64,000 nt of DNA, taken from Myxococcales bacterium. Lineage in GTDB: Bacteria; Myxococcota_A; Bradymonadia; Bradymonadales; Bradymonadaceae. Where the stretch lies: the NCBI GenBank assembly GCA_007120035.1, contig SKON01000005.1, positions 614-64,613 of the forward strand, read 5' to 3'. The notes under the pieces are model-generated. The model had not been told where the DNA came from. It made no database searches and saw only the letters and a program-made list of their open reading frames with translations. Below, piece by piece: positions 39,413 to 48,704 of the stretch. How positions within the stretch are numbered: position 1 is the stretch's first letter; the number at the start of each line of letters is the position of its first letter. Position numbers and translations under genes: made by a program.

Positions 39413-40322
39413 CAGGTGCTCCGCGTTTGCGATGAAGGAGGTTCCACACCGACGCCATGGTCAGGCCGGCGATGATATGCCAGATGCCCCACCAGGCGGC
39501 GATCACCGCCATGCCCCCGAGGCCTCCGAAGAACCCGAAGATCAGGACCAGGCCGAGGCCGGAGTTCTGGATCGCGACCTCGATGGAGACGGCCCGAACG
39601 TCGTCGCCCGGAAGGCGAGCCACGAGTCCCGCCCCGTACCCCACCGCCCAGGCCAGGGCGTTGTGGATCGCTACGGGGAGGAAGATCACCCCGATGACTG
39701 CCAGGAAGGCCCCGAAGTTGGCCTGGAAGGCCACGGCGATCAACAGGAGGAACAAGACGATGGAGCCCACTTTGAAGGGCTTGACCAGGCGAGCGGCGAA
39801 GGTCGGAAACCGATGGTTGATCCACATCCCCAGAACCAGGGGCACCCCGAGGAGGAGCATCACGTTACCGAACATCTCGACGGGGCTCAGGTGAAACTCC
39901 TCGATCAGCGCCCGGGTGTCCGCCGATCGGGTGCCCCAGAAGGTCACGTTCAGGGGGGTCATGACGACGGCAGCCGCCGTGGAGACGGCGGTCACCGAGA
40001 TCGAGAGGGCCGTGTTGGCTCGGGTGATGTGGGCGATGAAGTTGGAGATATTTCCCCCCGGACAGGAGGAGACCAGGATCATCCCCAGGGAGACGCTGGG
40101 CGGAAGTCCCAGGATCCGTGTCAGGCCCCAGGTCGCCGCCGGCAGGAGGAGAAATTGAGCCGTGAGGCCCACCAGGGGAGCCCGGGGCCGGGTCAGGAGG
40201 AACCGGAAGTCCGAGATCCGGAGGGAGAGGGCGACGCCGAACATGATCAGGCCCAGGATCACGTTCAGGGTGATCAGGGTAGAGGGCTCGAAGTCGAGCA
40301 CGATGGCGTCAATTCTTTCCAT
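39405..40322 (-). CDS. Bile acid:Na+ symporter (BASS/SBF-like) family transporter
   Basis: Multi-TM protein with the motif SSCPGGNISNF. Start MERIDAIV at 40322. An 8-nt overlap with the SDR fusion gene. Confidence 0.85.
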   Translation of the reverse strand: MERIDAIVLDFEPSTLITLNVILGLIMFGVALSLRISDFRFLLTRPRAPLVGLTAQFLLLPAATWGLTRILGLPPSVSLGMILVSSCPGGNISNFIAHITRANTALSISVTAVSTAAAVVMTPLNVTFWGTRSADTRALIEEFHLSPVEMFGNVMLLLGVPLVLGMWINHRFPTFAARLVKPFKVGSIVLFLLLIAVAFQANFGAFLAVIGVIFLPVAIHNALAWAVGYGAGLVARLPGDDVRAVSIEVAIQNSGLGLVLIFGFFGGLGGMAVIAAWWGIWHIIAGLTMASVWNLLHRKRGAPDD

Positions 40323-40532
40323 GATCCAGTGGTGACCCACACAGGGGGAAAGCGCAAGAGGACTGCGTGCTGACCGTTCGGTTAGGTTTTTAGTGAAAAG
40401 GATTGGCGACGTCAACGGGGCTTGTGTGCATGGGATTGTATAGAAGGGACTTTTCAGAAAACCCGGAAGTGCTGTAGGCTCGCGGGAACCAAAGGTCTGA
40501 AGGCGTTTCCTGGCGAGGGGAAGAGAGCGGTA

Positions 40533-43502
40533 ATGCAGGACTCAGTTTGTAGCCCCCCGGAAGAAGGTTTGTCGGGAGAGCGAGAGAGCAGGGGGAGTGA
40601 GGTGGTACGGATGTCCAGGGCCTTGTCGCTGGATGTAACGCGCGGCGAGACCGTGGAGACCGTGGGAGGACGGCTGCGGGATGCGTTGGGGTTGGGACAT
40701 CCGGGGATCGCGACCCTGGTCACGGCCGGTTGTGAGGGGGATGAGCTGCGGTTGGAGTGGGAGAAGCGGGCCGGGGAGGAGTCCCTCTCGAAGGTGTTGG
40801 GGGAGCTGGAGTGGCCGGATTTCCAGGATGTACTACAACAGCTTTTGGAGGCGCTCTCTCATGGACATGCCCGGGGGGTCGTGCACGGGGGCGTAACGCC
40901 CTATCGAGTCGGGGTGAGTTCGAAGGAGGAGTCCCGTGGAGTGGTGAGGATCTTCGACTTCGGGGTGCATAGCTCTGCGTCGTTGGATGGTTTACCTCCG
41001 GAAGAGGAGTGTTTCCGGGCGCCCGAGACCTGGGGGAGCGCCGATCGCTGGACGGGGGCGACGGATCTCTTCAGCGTGGGATGGATCGCACATCAGTGGC
41101 TCTATGGTAGGCGGCCCAACGAGGAGAGGGGTCATCGGCGGGAGCAGCACCACTTTGTGCCCGGGGAGTTTCCTCGGTGGATCGACTCCTGTCTGCGCCG
41201 GCAGGCGCCGCGGTTTCCGCTGGCCGTGGATGCACTGGAAGCCCTGGAGATGGTGATCGCCGGGGAGAGCCTGGAGGGCTTTCGAGGGTCGCCAGTGCGG
41301 GCGGACTGGCGGGAGGGAGAGCTGGAAGGGGGGGCGTTTGTTCGGCAGTGGTGGAGAGAACCGAAGCTCTACGGGATGCGAGAGTTCGCCATGGTGGGGC
41401 GGACCCAGGAGAGGTGGAGGCTGTGGAGGGCGTTGCTGGAGACCCGGAGGCGACGGCGGCCGCGGGTGGTGCTGATCAGTGGCCCTGGAGGGGTGGGCAA
41501 GAGCAGGATGGCGAGGTGGTTGTGTCATCGGGCACAGGAGACGGGAACGGGAGGAGCGCTGGAGGTGTCGGGGGTGACGGGAGAGCTGAATCAGTTGGGG
41601 GCCTACCTGGCCAGCCAGCGGCGGCCCTGGGTGGTGTGGATCGACGACGCCGATCGGGCCAGCGGGCTCTTGGACTGGGTCGAAGGGATGATCGGGACCG
41701 GCAAGGAGCTGCCGGTGCTCTTCGTCATCTCTGTGACCGATGAGTTGTTGGTCAAGCGGCCGGTGGAGGCGGTGCAGATCGCCCAGCTCTTGGAAGAACC
41801 GGGGGGGGAAGAGATCTCGTTGGGTCCGATGGAGAGGGGAGAGTTCATTCGGCTCTTGAGATCCCTTGGGCCGATCACCGAGGAGGGAGCGATCGCGTTG
41901 GAGAGGCGGTTGGGGGGGAACCCGCTCTTTGCCCGGCAGCTGATGCATCATTGGCTGGCCAAAGGGGTGCTGAGCGCCGACGAGCCGCGGTCGCAGGTGC
42001 CCGAGGGGGTGCCCGATGATCTGGTGGACTTTTGGGAGCCCCGAGTGGGGAGATTGATCGCCGAGGTGGCCGCCGACGAAGAAGAGATGGCGGGGCTTGT
42101 GATGAGCCTGAAAGTAGCGGCGGTGCTAGGTCTGGAGGTGTCGTTGGAGGAGTGGGGGGCGGTTTGTCGGGAGTTGGGGGTGCCGATGTCGGAGCTGTTG
42201 ATCCGTTCCCTGATGGCACATCGTCTGTTGGAGGAGGCTCACGATCCGGGGGCGGTGCGGTTTTCGCACAGTATGTTGAGAGAGTCCTTGGTGGGCTCCA
42301 TGAAGAAGAGCGGGGAGGCCAAGAGGATCCACGGGGCCTGCGCCCGAGTGCTCGCCACGGCCGGGGGAAGTCCGGAGCGACTGGGAGTGCATCTGCTGGA
42401 GACAGGAAGGTGTGAAGAAGCTCTGGAGGAGCTGATGGACGGGATGGTGGGGTTGGGGAATCACGGGGAGCATCGTCACGCCCTGGCGCTGCAGGTATGG
42501 TACCAGCGGGCCTGTGATGAGATGGGTCTGGGGCCGGGAGATCGCCGGCGGGTGGTGGGGTGGATCAGGCAGGCGTGGTCGGCCCAGGCGCTGGGGTTGG
42601 AGGAGGTGGCTCGGGAAGCGCTGAACGGTGCGAGGGCGAGGCTGAAGTCCGAGGACGAGGAGGAGCTTCTGGGGAGGATCTACTGGTTGGATGCGGGCCA
42701 GGCGTTTAGTCGGGGAGAGTTGGGAAGGGTGGAGGAGAGCTTGAGGAGGGCCCGGGATCACTTCGAAACCGTGGGAGACCAGCGGGGGTTGGCCGGGACG
42801 TGGATACGAGTGGGGTCCTACTATCGGGAGCGGGGAGAACTGGAAGAGGCCGAGGAGGCGTTCTCGCAAGCCCGGGCGTATTTTGATAAGGCCGAAGATC
42901 CGGCGGGATTGATGGCGGTGATTCGGGGCCAGGCGTCGATCTTGGGGCTGCAGGGACGGCTCGACGAGGCCGAGGCGCTCTTGTTGTCCTGTGAGGAGTT
43001 CATTGAAGGATCGCCGAAGTGGGAGGCGGATCTCTTGAATAACCTGGGGGAGGTGTATCGGGAGAGGGGGGGGTGGCAGGAGGCGGAGGAGGCCTATCGG
43101 AGAGCGGCCGAGATCTGTGAGGAGATGGGGGATCCCACCGCAGAGGTGTCGCGGATCAACCTGGGGATGACCCTGGTGGAGCAGGAACGATACCGTGAGG
43201 CGTTGGAGGTATTGGAGCGGGCGGAGGCGGCGCTGCGAGAGGTCAGCTTTATTCGGGAGCAGATGTATGCGATGGCGTCGATGCTGCCCTGCCTGGCGGC
43301 GACGCAAGACTGGCCCAGGTGGAGTGAGTACGCCCGGGTGTTGGAGGTCTACCTGACAGGAAATCAGGTGAGGTCCCGGGACCTGCGGCGGATGTTTGAG
43401 ATCAGTCTGGAGTTGGCCCGGGAGAGTGCCCCAGAGCCAGTGGTCGCCTGGGCTCGATTGTTGGTGGAGACCCAGGAAGAGTCAGGGGGGGATCGACGGT
43501 GA
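40533..43502 (+). CDS. Truncated pseudokinase, STAND/AAA NTPase and TPR repeat protein
   Basis: Kinase C-lobe-like segment with HGG in place of HRD (HARGVVHGGVTPYRV), plus IFDFGV and FRAPE. Walker A GPGGVGKS and Walker B VVWIDDAD. C-terminal TPR array. Start uncertain (40533, or 40611 with a GAGGTG SD). Confidence 0.75.
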   Translation: MQDSVCSPPEEGLSGERESRGSEVVRMSRALSLDVTRGETVETVGGRLRDALGLGHPGIATLVTAGCEGDELRLEWEKRAGEESLSKVLGELEWPDFQDVLQQLLEALSHGHARGVVHGGVTPYRVGVSSKEESRGVVRIFDFGVHSSASLDGLPPEEECFRAPETWGSADRWTGATDLFSVGWIAHQWLYGRRPNEERGHRREQHHFVPGEFPRWIDSCLRRQAPRFPLAVDALEALEMVIAGESLEGFRGSPVRADWREGELEGGAFVRQWWREPKLYGMREFAMVGRTQERWRLWRALLETRRRRRPRVVLISGPGGVGKSRMARWLCHRAQETGTGGALEVSGVTGELNQLGAYLASQRRPWVVWIDDADRASGLLDWVEGMIGTGKELPVLFVISVTDELLVKRPVEAVQIAQLLEEPGGEEISLGPMERGEFIRLLRSLGPITEEGAIALERRLGGNPLFARQLMHHWLAKGVLSADEPRSQVPEGVPDDLVDFWEPRVGRLIAEVAADEEEMAGLVMSLKVAAVLGLEVSLEEWGAVCRELGVPMSELLIRSLMAHRLLEEAHDPGAVRFSHSMLRESLVGSMKKSGEAKRIHGACARVLATAGGSPERLGVHLLETGRCEEALEELMDGMVGLGNHGEHRHALALQVWYQRACDEMGLGPGDRRRVVGWIRQAWSAQALGLEEVAREALNGARARLKSEDEEELLGRIYWLDAGQAFSRGELGRVEESLRRARDHFETVGDQRGLAGTWIRVGSYYRERGELEEAEEAFSQARAYFDKAEDPAGLMAVIRGQASILGLQGRLDEAEALLLSCEEFIEGSPKWEADLLNNLGEVYRERGGWQEAEEAYRRAAEICEEMGDPTAEVSRINLGMTLVEQERYREALEVLERAEAALREVSFIREQMYAMASMLPCLAATQDWPRWSEYARVLEVYLTGNQVRSRDLRRMFEISLELARESAPEPVVAWARLLVETQEESGGDRR

Positions 43503-43576
43503 CAAGGAGGGGGAGATTTGCTACCTGAAGGCAGTGTGCGTCAGAGCTTGAACCATCGAACCCGAGGAGACGTCGT

Positions 43577-44482
43577 ATGAGCCGTAAACTGTTGATGCTT
43601 AGCCTGTGGATCGCCCTTGTGAGTGCGTGCTCGTCGGCCCCGGCCGTGGAGGACGAAGGGCCGACGGAGGAGCCGGAGGTGGTGGAAGAGGAGGCGAAGC
43701 CGGCAGAGGATCGGGAGGCGTCCTACGACTCGCTGCGGGAGCGGCTGGAAGAGATCGTGGACGGGACCCATCGCAGCGACGCCAATCGAGCGCGAGACGT
43801 GTATCGCAACCCTGTGGACACCCTGAGGTTCTTCAAGGTCGAGCCTACGGATCGAGTGGTAGAGTTGTCCCCGGGCCGGGGATGGTACTCGGAGATCCTG
43901 GGGCCCTATCTGTATGGGGAGGGGACGCTGGTGGCGGCGGTGCCGCCCATTGATCCCGAGGACGAAGAGTCGTATTTGACGCAGATCGTGACGGAGTACA
44001 TGGGGTTCGTGGAGGCGAACCGGGACACCCTGGGGATGGTGGAGGTGGGGACGTTTGCGCCGCCGGAGGTGGCGGAGATTGGAGAGCCCGGGTCGGCGGA
44101 CGCGGTGGTGACGTTCCGGAATCTGCACGGGATGTACAACCGGGGTACCATCGAGGCGACGCTCTCGGCGGTGTACGAGGTGTTGAGGCCGGGAGGGACC
44201 TTCGGGGTGGTACAGCATCGGGCGCCGGAGGGAAGCGATCCGGCGGAGTCGGCCTCGATGGGGTATCTGCCGCAGGAGGTTGTGATCGAGTTGGCGGAGG
44301 CGGCGGGGTTCGTGTTGGACGGGGCCTCGGAGATCAATGCCAACCCGATGGACACCGCCGATCACGAGCACGGCGTGTGGTCTCTGCCGCCGACGCTGCG
44401 GGGCGGGGAAGAGACGGCGGAGCGGTACCAAGAGATCGGAGAGAGCGATCGGATGACGCTGCGGTTCGTCAAGCCGGAGTGA
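43577..44482 (+). CDS. Exported class I SAM-dependent methyltransferase-like lipoprotein (COG4798-like)
   Basis: GAGGAGA SD. Lipobox LVSAC. Methyltransferase fold motifs VVELSPGRGWYSEIL and LRPGGTFGVV. Confidence 0.7.
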   Translation: MSRKLLMLSLWIALVSACSSAPAVEDEGPTEEPEVVEEEAKPAEDREASYDSLRERLEEIVDGTHRSDANRARDVYRNPVDTLRFFKVEPTDRVVELSPGRGWYSEILGPYLYGEGTLVAAVPPIDPEDEESYLTQIVTEYMGFVEANRDTLGMVEVGTFAPPEVAEIGEPGSADAVVTFRNLHGMYNRGTIEATLSAVYEVLRPGGTFGVVQHRAPEGSDPAESASMGYLPQEVVIELAEAAGFVLDGASEINANPMDTADHEHGVWSLPPTLRGGEETAERYQEIGESDRMTLRFVKPE

Positions 44483-45158
44483 GCGTTCGCTTGCGGCAGA
44501 GGGTCAGTCCGTCGCCGATGGGGACGAGGCTGAGGTCGACCCGGGGGTCATTGTGGAGCTTCTGGTTCAAGGCTCGAATGGCCTGGGTGTCGGGGTCGTC
44601 GTGGGAGTGGAGGGCGACCTTGCCGCTCCACAGGACGTTGTCGATGGCGATCAAGCCCCCGGGCCGGAGGAGCTTGAGGGCCTGCTCGTAGTAAAGGTCG
44701 TAGGACCCCTTGTCGGCGTCGATGAAGGCGAAGTCCAAGGTGTGGGCGGATCCGTTGTCCAAGAGCTCCGCCAGAGTGTCGGCGGCTTTGCCGAGGCGAA
44801 GCTCGACGCGGTCCATCACCCCGGCGTCCTCCCAGTGGCGGCGGGCCCAGGCGGCCCACTCCTCGTTTTGTTCGCAGGCGATCAGGCATCCCCCGGGGGG
44901 CAGGGCCGAGGCCAGCCACAGGGCGCTGTATCCGGTGAAAGAGCCGATCTCGACGCCCTTTCGGGCCCCCAGGAGTCGGAGCTGGAGGTGGAGGAACTGC
45001 CCCTGCTCAGGGGCGATTTGCATGCTTCCCAGGGGGAGCTCGGCGGTGGCGGCCCGGCACTTCTGAAAGGCCGGGGGCTCCCGGAGGGAGACGGCATGGA
45101 GGTACTGGTAGAGCTGGTCGTTCAGGGGGAGGGTGCGAGTGCTCATCATGGCTCTCAT
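44469..45158 (-). CDS. Class I SAM-dependent O-methyltransferase (caffeoyl-CoA OMT-like)
   Basis: GVEIGSFTGYSALWLA, FAFIDADK and LLRPGGLIAIDNVLW. Confidence 0.85.
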   Translation of the reverse strand: MRAMMSTRTLPLNDQLYQYLHAVSLREPPAFQKCRAATAELPLGSMQIAPEQGQFLHLQLRLLGARKGVEIGSFTGYSALWLASALPPGGCLIACEQNEEWAAWARRHWEDAGVMDRVELRLGKAADTLAELLDNGSAHTLDFAFIDADKGSYDLYYEQALKLLRPGGLIAIDNVLWSGKVALHSHDDPDTQAIRALNQKLHNDPRVDLSLVPIGDGLTLCRKRTLTPA

Positions 45159-45236
45159 GGGGAAGGGAGAGGTTTCCAGGACTCTAGGTCTAGGAAACGT
45201 TCACACCGACCCGGGGAGAACAAGGCTCACCGGTGG

Positions 45237-46238
45237 TCACCGCCCGTTGCGGGAGGCCACGGTCATGGTCTGGCCCGTGCGCGGGTCAGGGGTGAAGATC
45301 AGGCTGAGCTCCTGAGAACCACGAGAGAAGTGGAGGGAGTCGCCGGTGGGGGTCTGGGTGTCGAAGTGCTCCTGAATGGCTCCCATGGTGGCGCCCAGGT
45401 CGGTGGGTTGCCAGCCGCGGGAGGCCATGGCTTGCTGGTAGAACCGGAGGGTCTCATCGATGCCCTGAGGGCCCATGAAGGCCATGTCGACCCGGCCTGT
45501 GCCGTGTCCCGATTCGGCGAACCGGGTCAGGCGCACACATCCCGGGCAGGCCGGGACCTCGACGTCGAAGCTGCCCCGCATGGAGTCGGCCTCGGGCTCC
45601 ATGGCACCCAGATCGAAGTCTTCGTCGCTCCAGGTAGCCACGATCGAGGTGTGACGGCTGTCGGGGCGGCGGACGATCTCGATGAATCGATGGCCTCGAA
45701 AAAGCTCGGTGGGATCTGCGGCGGCCTGGAAGTTCTCGGCCAATCCCTGGGCGTCGTCGGCGTGGTTGGCCGGGATCGCCGCGGCCAGGATGACCCGGTC
45801 TCGGCTGATCGCCAGGGGCACCACGCTGCCCGTCAGGCCCGCCTCGGTGGTCTCCCGGGCCTGGCCGGTCATGACCTCGCGGTAGAGGCGGTCGTTGAGG
45901 CCCTGGCGTCGAAACTCCTCCTGGTAGTCGAGGAGGAGGGACTCCGGGGTCTTCCGAGAGATGGCGGTGGAGAAGTAGACCCGGTTGCCGTTGAGGTCGT
46001 ACTCCTTGGGCTCGGAGTGTCCGAGCCGATCCAGGGCGGCCTCGAACCGATCCGTGTTGGATCGCTCGAAGGGGCTCAGCCAGGTCAGATCGGCGTGGGA
46101 TTCAGAGACCGGTCCGTCGGTGCCCACCACGGCGATCGCGAAGGCGATGGTAGCGACGATGGCTCCGGCGCCGGCGATCTTGCCGACGTTGAGGAGGTGA
46201 CGACCCAGGGGGGATTGTTTTTCCGCGCTGCCGTTCAT
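45237..46238 (-). CDS. Membrane-anchored hypothetical protein
   Basis: GAGGA SD before MNGSAEK at 46238. N-terminal TM segment IAGAGAIVATIAFAIAVV. No family recognised. Confidence 0.5.
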   Translation of the reverse strand: MNGSAEKQSPLGRHLLNVGKIAGAGAIVATIAFAIAVVGTDGPVSESHADLTWLSPFERSNTDRFEAALDRLGHSEPKEYDLNGNRVYFSTAISRKTPESLLLDYQEEFRRQGLNDRLYREVMTGQARETTEAGLTGSVVPLAISRDRVILAAAIPANHADDAQGLAENFQAAADPTELFRGHRFIEIVRRPDSRHTSIVATWSDEDFDLGAMEPEADSMRGSFDVEVPACPGCVRLTRFAESGHGTGRVDMAFMGPQGIDETLRFYQQAMASRGWQPTDLGATMGAIQEHFDTQTPTGDSLHFSRGSQELSLIFTPDPRTGQTMTVASRNGR

Positions 46239-46347
46239 ACCATCCTCGGGGACACGAGGAACGTGGGTTGATGTAGTACAGTGTAGTTCATGGTGCGAAA
46301 AATTCAAACGGTATACCCAGAAAAATTGTACCCATCGGGAGGAGCGG

Positions 46348-47361
46348 ATGCGAGCCTGGATCTTGGACGGTAGTTTTGGCCTGGAACAATTGACGCTGAA
46401 AGCGCGGGATCGCGCGGAGCCGGGGCCAGGCCAGGTGCGGCTGAAGATGACGGCGGCGTCGTTGAACTTTCGGGACCTCCTGATGGTTCGAGGGCTCTAC
46501 AATCCCAGGCAGCCTCTGCCGTTGATCCCCTGCTCTGATGGTGTAGGGGTGGTGGAGGCTGTGGGGGACGGAGTTGACGAGGGGATGCTCGGCCAACGGG
46601 TGATGCCTATCTTCGCACAGGGGTGGCTCGCCGGAGCGCCTACTCGAGAGAAGTTGATGTCGACTCTCGGTGGCCCTCTGGACGGAACCCTGGCCGAGGA
46701 GATGGTGGTCTCGGCGGACGGTGTGGTGGAGGTGCCGGAGCATTTGACCGATGTGGAGGCGGCGACTCTGCCCTGCGCGGGGGTCACGGCCTGGAACGCG
46801 TTGGCCGAGCAGGGGGGGATCAGGGCGGGGCAGACGGTGCTGACCCTGGGGACCGGGGGGGTGTCGATCTTCGCGCTGCAGTTTGGGAGGTTGCTCGGTG
46901 CTCGGGTGTTCATCACGTCGAGTAAGGAGGAGAAGCTCGCCCGGGCCCGGGCACTGGGCGCCGAAGAGTGCATCAACTACGTGGAGAACCCCAAGTGGGG
47001 GAAGGTGGCGGCGGAGTTGGCCGGCGATGGGGTGGATCTGGTCGTGGAGGTGGGAGGGGCCGGGACCCTGGAGCAGTCGGTTCGGGCCGTGAAGATCGGC
47101 GGGCGGATCAGCCTGATCGGGGTCCTCTCGGGAGGGGTAGAGGCCTTTAACGTGATCCCCGTGTTGATGCGTAATCTACGGATTCAGGGGGTGATCGTGG
47201 GCCACCGAGAGATGTTCGAGGCCATGAATCGGGCGATCGAGTTCCACGGGATGCGCCCCGTGGTGGATCGGGTCTACGGCTTCGAAGAGGTCCCGGCGGC
47301 CTTTGAGGATCTGGGTAAGGGCGAGCACTTTGGCAAGCTTTGCATCGACCTCACCCAGTGA
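46348..47361 (+). CDS. Medium-chain (zinc-type) NAD(P)-dependent dehydrogenase / quinone oxidoreductase family
   Basis: GroES-like N-terminus and a Rossmann segment LGTGGVSIFALQFGRLLGARVFITSS. Confidence 0.85.
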   Translation: MRAWILDGSFGLEQLTLKARDRAEPGPGQVRLKMTAASLNFRDLLMVRGLYNPRQPLPLIPCSDGVGVVEAVGDGVDEGMLGQRVMPIFAQGWLAGAPTREKLMSTLGGPLDGTLAEEMVVSADGVVEVPEHLTDVEAATLPCAGVTAWNALAEQGGIRAGQTVLTLGTGGVSIFALQFGRLLGARVFITSSKEEKLARARALGAEECINYVENPKWGKVAAELAGDGVDLVVEVGGAGTLEQSVRAVKIGGRISLIGVLSGGVEAFNVIPVLMRNLRIQGVIVGHREMFEAMNRAIEFHGMRPVVDRVYGFEEVPAAFEDLGKGEHFGKLCIDLTQ

Positions 47362-48174
47362 TCACTGGTTGCGCTCGAGGCGGCGGGTGACCGTGTTGAT
47401 CAGGCTGTTGGCCTGCTGTGTGTAGCGGCCGTCGGGATCTACCTCGAGGTACCGGTTGAGGGCCTCGAGAGCCTCGGCGTCCCGGTAGGTCCGAAGCAGC
47501 ACAAACCCTCGGTTGTAGTGGGCTTCAGCGAGGTTGGGGTTGGAGGCCAGGAGGCGGTCGAAGGTCTCCAAGGCCATGTCGGGCTGCTCTTGCACGAAGT
47601 AGAGGAGTCCCCGGGTCAGGTGGCCCCGTTCGTCATCGGGGTTGATCTCGATGGCTTTCTCGATGGTGACCACCGCCTCGTCGTGAGCGCTGAGGAAGGT
47701 GTAGGCGGCGGCGAGGTTCAGGAGGGTCTCGTAGTCGAGCTCTCCGGCGAGGGCCATGGAGGTGCGGTAGGAGTCGGCGGCGATGTCGTAGAGGCCTCGC
47801 TCCTGGTAGAGGTTGCCGAGGTTGAAATAGAGCACAGATTCCTCAGCGCCGCCGGCGTCGATGGCGTCGCCGAAGGCTTCGGTGGCGGCCCGGAACTCGG
47901 CCATCCGGAGCAGGGCGATGCCCCGGTTCATGTGGGCGTCCCACCGGGTGGGGTCGAAGTTTACGGTGGCCTCGAAGTACTGAACGGCGGTGGCCCACTC
48001 CCGGGCGTTGAGGGCGTCCGTGCCCTGGAGGAATTGCTCCTGGGCGCGCTCTTCGGGCGGCACGGGCGTCTCCGTGGGGGTCTCGTCGGGAGTAGACGAG
48101 GAGGTACAGCCCATGGAGACGAGGCCAACGGAAAGGCAGAGAGCGAAGAGCAGGTGGCAGGTGGCGAATTTCAC
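47362..48174 (-). CDS. TPR-repeat lipoprotein
   Basis: Lipobox LVSMGC, with a proposed GTG start at 48174. Canonical TPR units (AEAHYNRGFVLLRTYRDAEALEALNRYLEVDP). Confidence 0.65.
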   Translation of the reverse strand: MKFATCHLLFALCLSVGLVSMGCTSSSTPDETPTETPVPPEERAQEQFLQGTDALNAREWATAVQYFEATVNFDPTRWDAHMNRGIALLRMAEFRAATEAFGDAIDAGGAEESVLYFNLGNLYQERGLYDIAADSYRTSMALAGELDYETLLNLAAAYTFLSAHDEAVVTIEKAIEINPDDERGHLTRGLLYFVQEQPDMALETFDRLLASNPNLAEAHYNRGFVLLRTYRDAEALEALNRYLEVDPDGRYTQQANSLINTVTRRLERNQ

Positions 48175-48221
48175 GGGTATGCTCCAGAGAGATCGGTTCG
48201 TAGAAACGATGAGGAGAAAAC

Positions 48222-48704
48222 GTGGTGAGAAGGTATTACGTTCGAGCCGAACGGACAAGGTGGGCGGGGCGATTTTTTCGGCCCTGGATCTTGATGGTGG
48301 GGGCGCTTTGGCTTTGGGGATGCACGGGGTTCGCCGACGCGCCCGGTGACGAGGCGCCTCGGAGCGACGCCGGAGAGATGGCCAGTCAGCTCTTTGAGGC
48401 GATGGTGGCGGTCTTTGAGGAGGAGACGATGGGGGTGGACTTCATGCTGGAGACGAGCTGGATGGTCCGGAGCGAGTACGAAGGGCTCGACGATGGCCGG
48501 CGGCGGCGGTTCTTCGGGCGGGTAGTGCCCGTGGGGCGGAGCGGGTTGGGCGTGAGGATCACCGCCGAATATCAGGAGCCCGCCGGAGAGGGGGCCGAGG
48601 AGGAGTGGAGAGATCAGCCCCGGGAGGTGGTGGAGGAGGAGGCCGCGGCGGTGGAGATCAGGATGGCCCGGCAGGTGGAGCGGCGGTATCACGCCGACCG
48701 ATAA
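48222..48704 (+). CDS. Hypothetical lipoprotein
   Basis: GAGGAG SD 5 nt before the GTG at 48222. Lipobox LWLWGC. No family recognised. Confidence 0.45.
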   Translation: MVRRYYVRAERTRWAGRFFRPWILMVGALWLWGCTGFADAPGDEAPRSDAGEMASQLFEAMVAVFEEETMGVDFMLETSWMVRSEYEGLDDGRRRRFFGRVVPVGRSGLGVRITAEYQEPAGEGAEEEWRDQPREVVEEEAAAVEIRMARQVERRYHADR

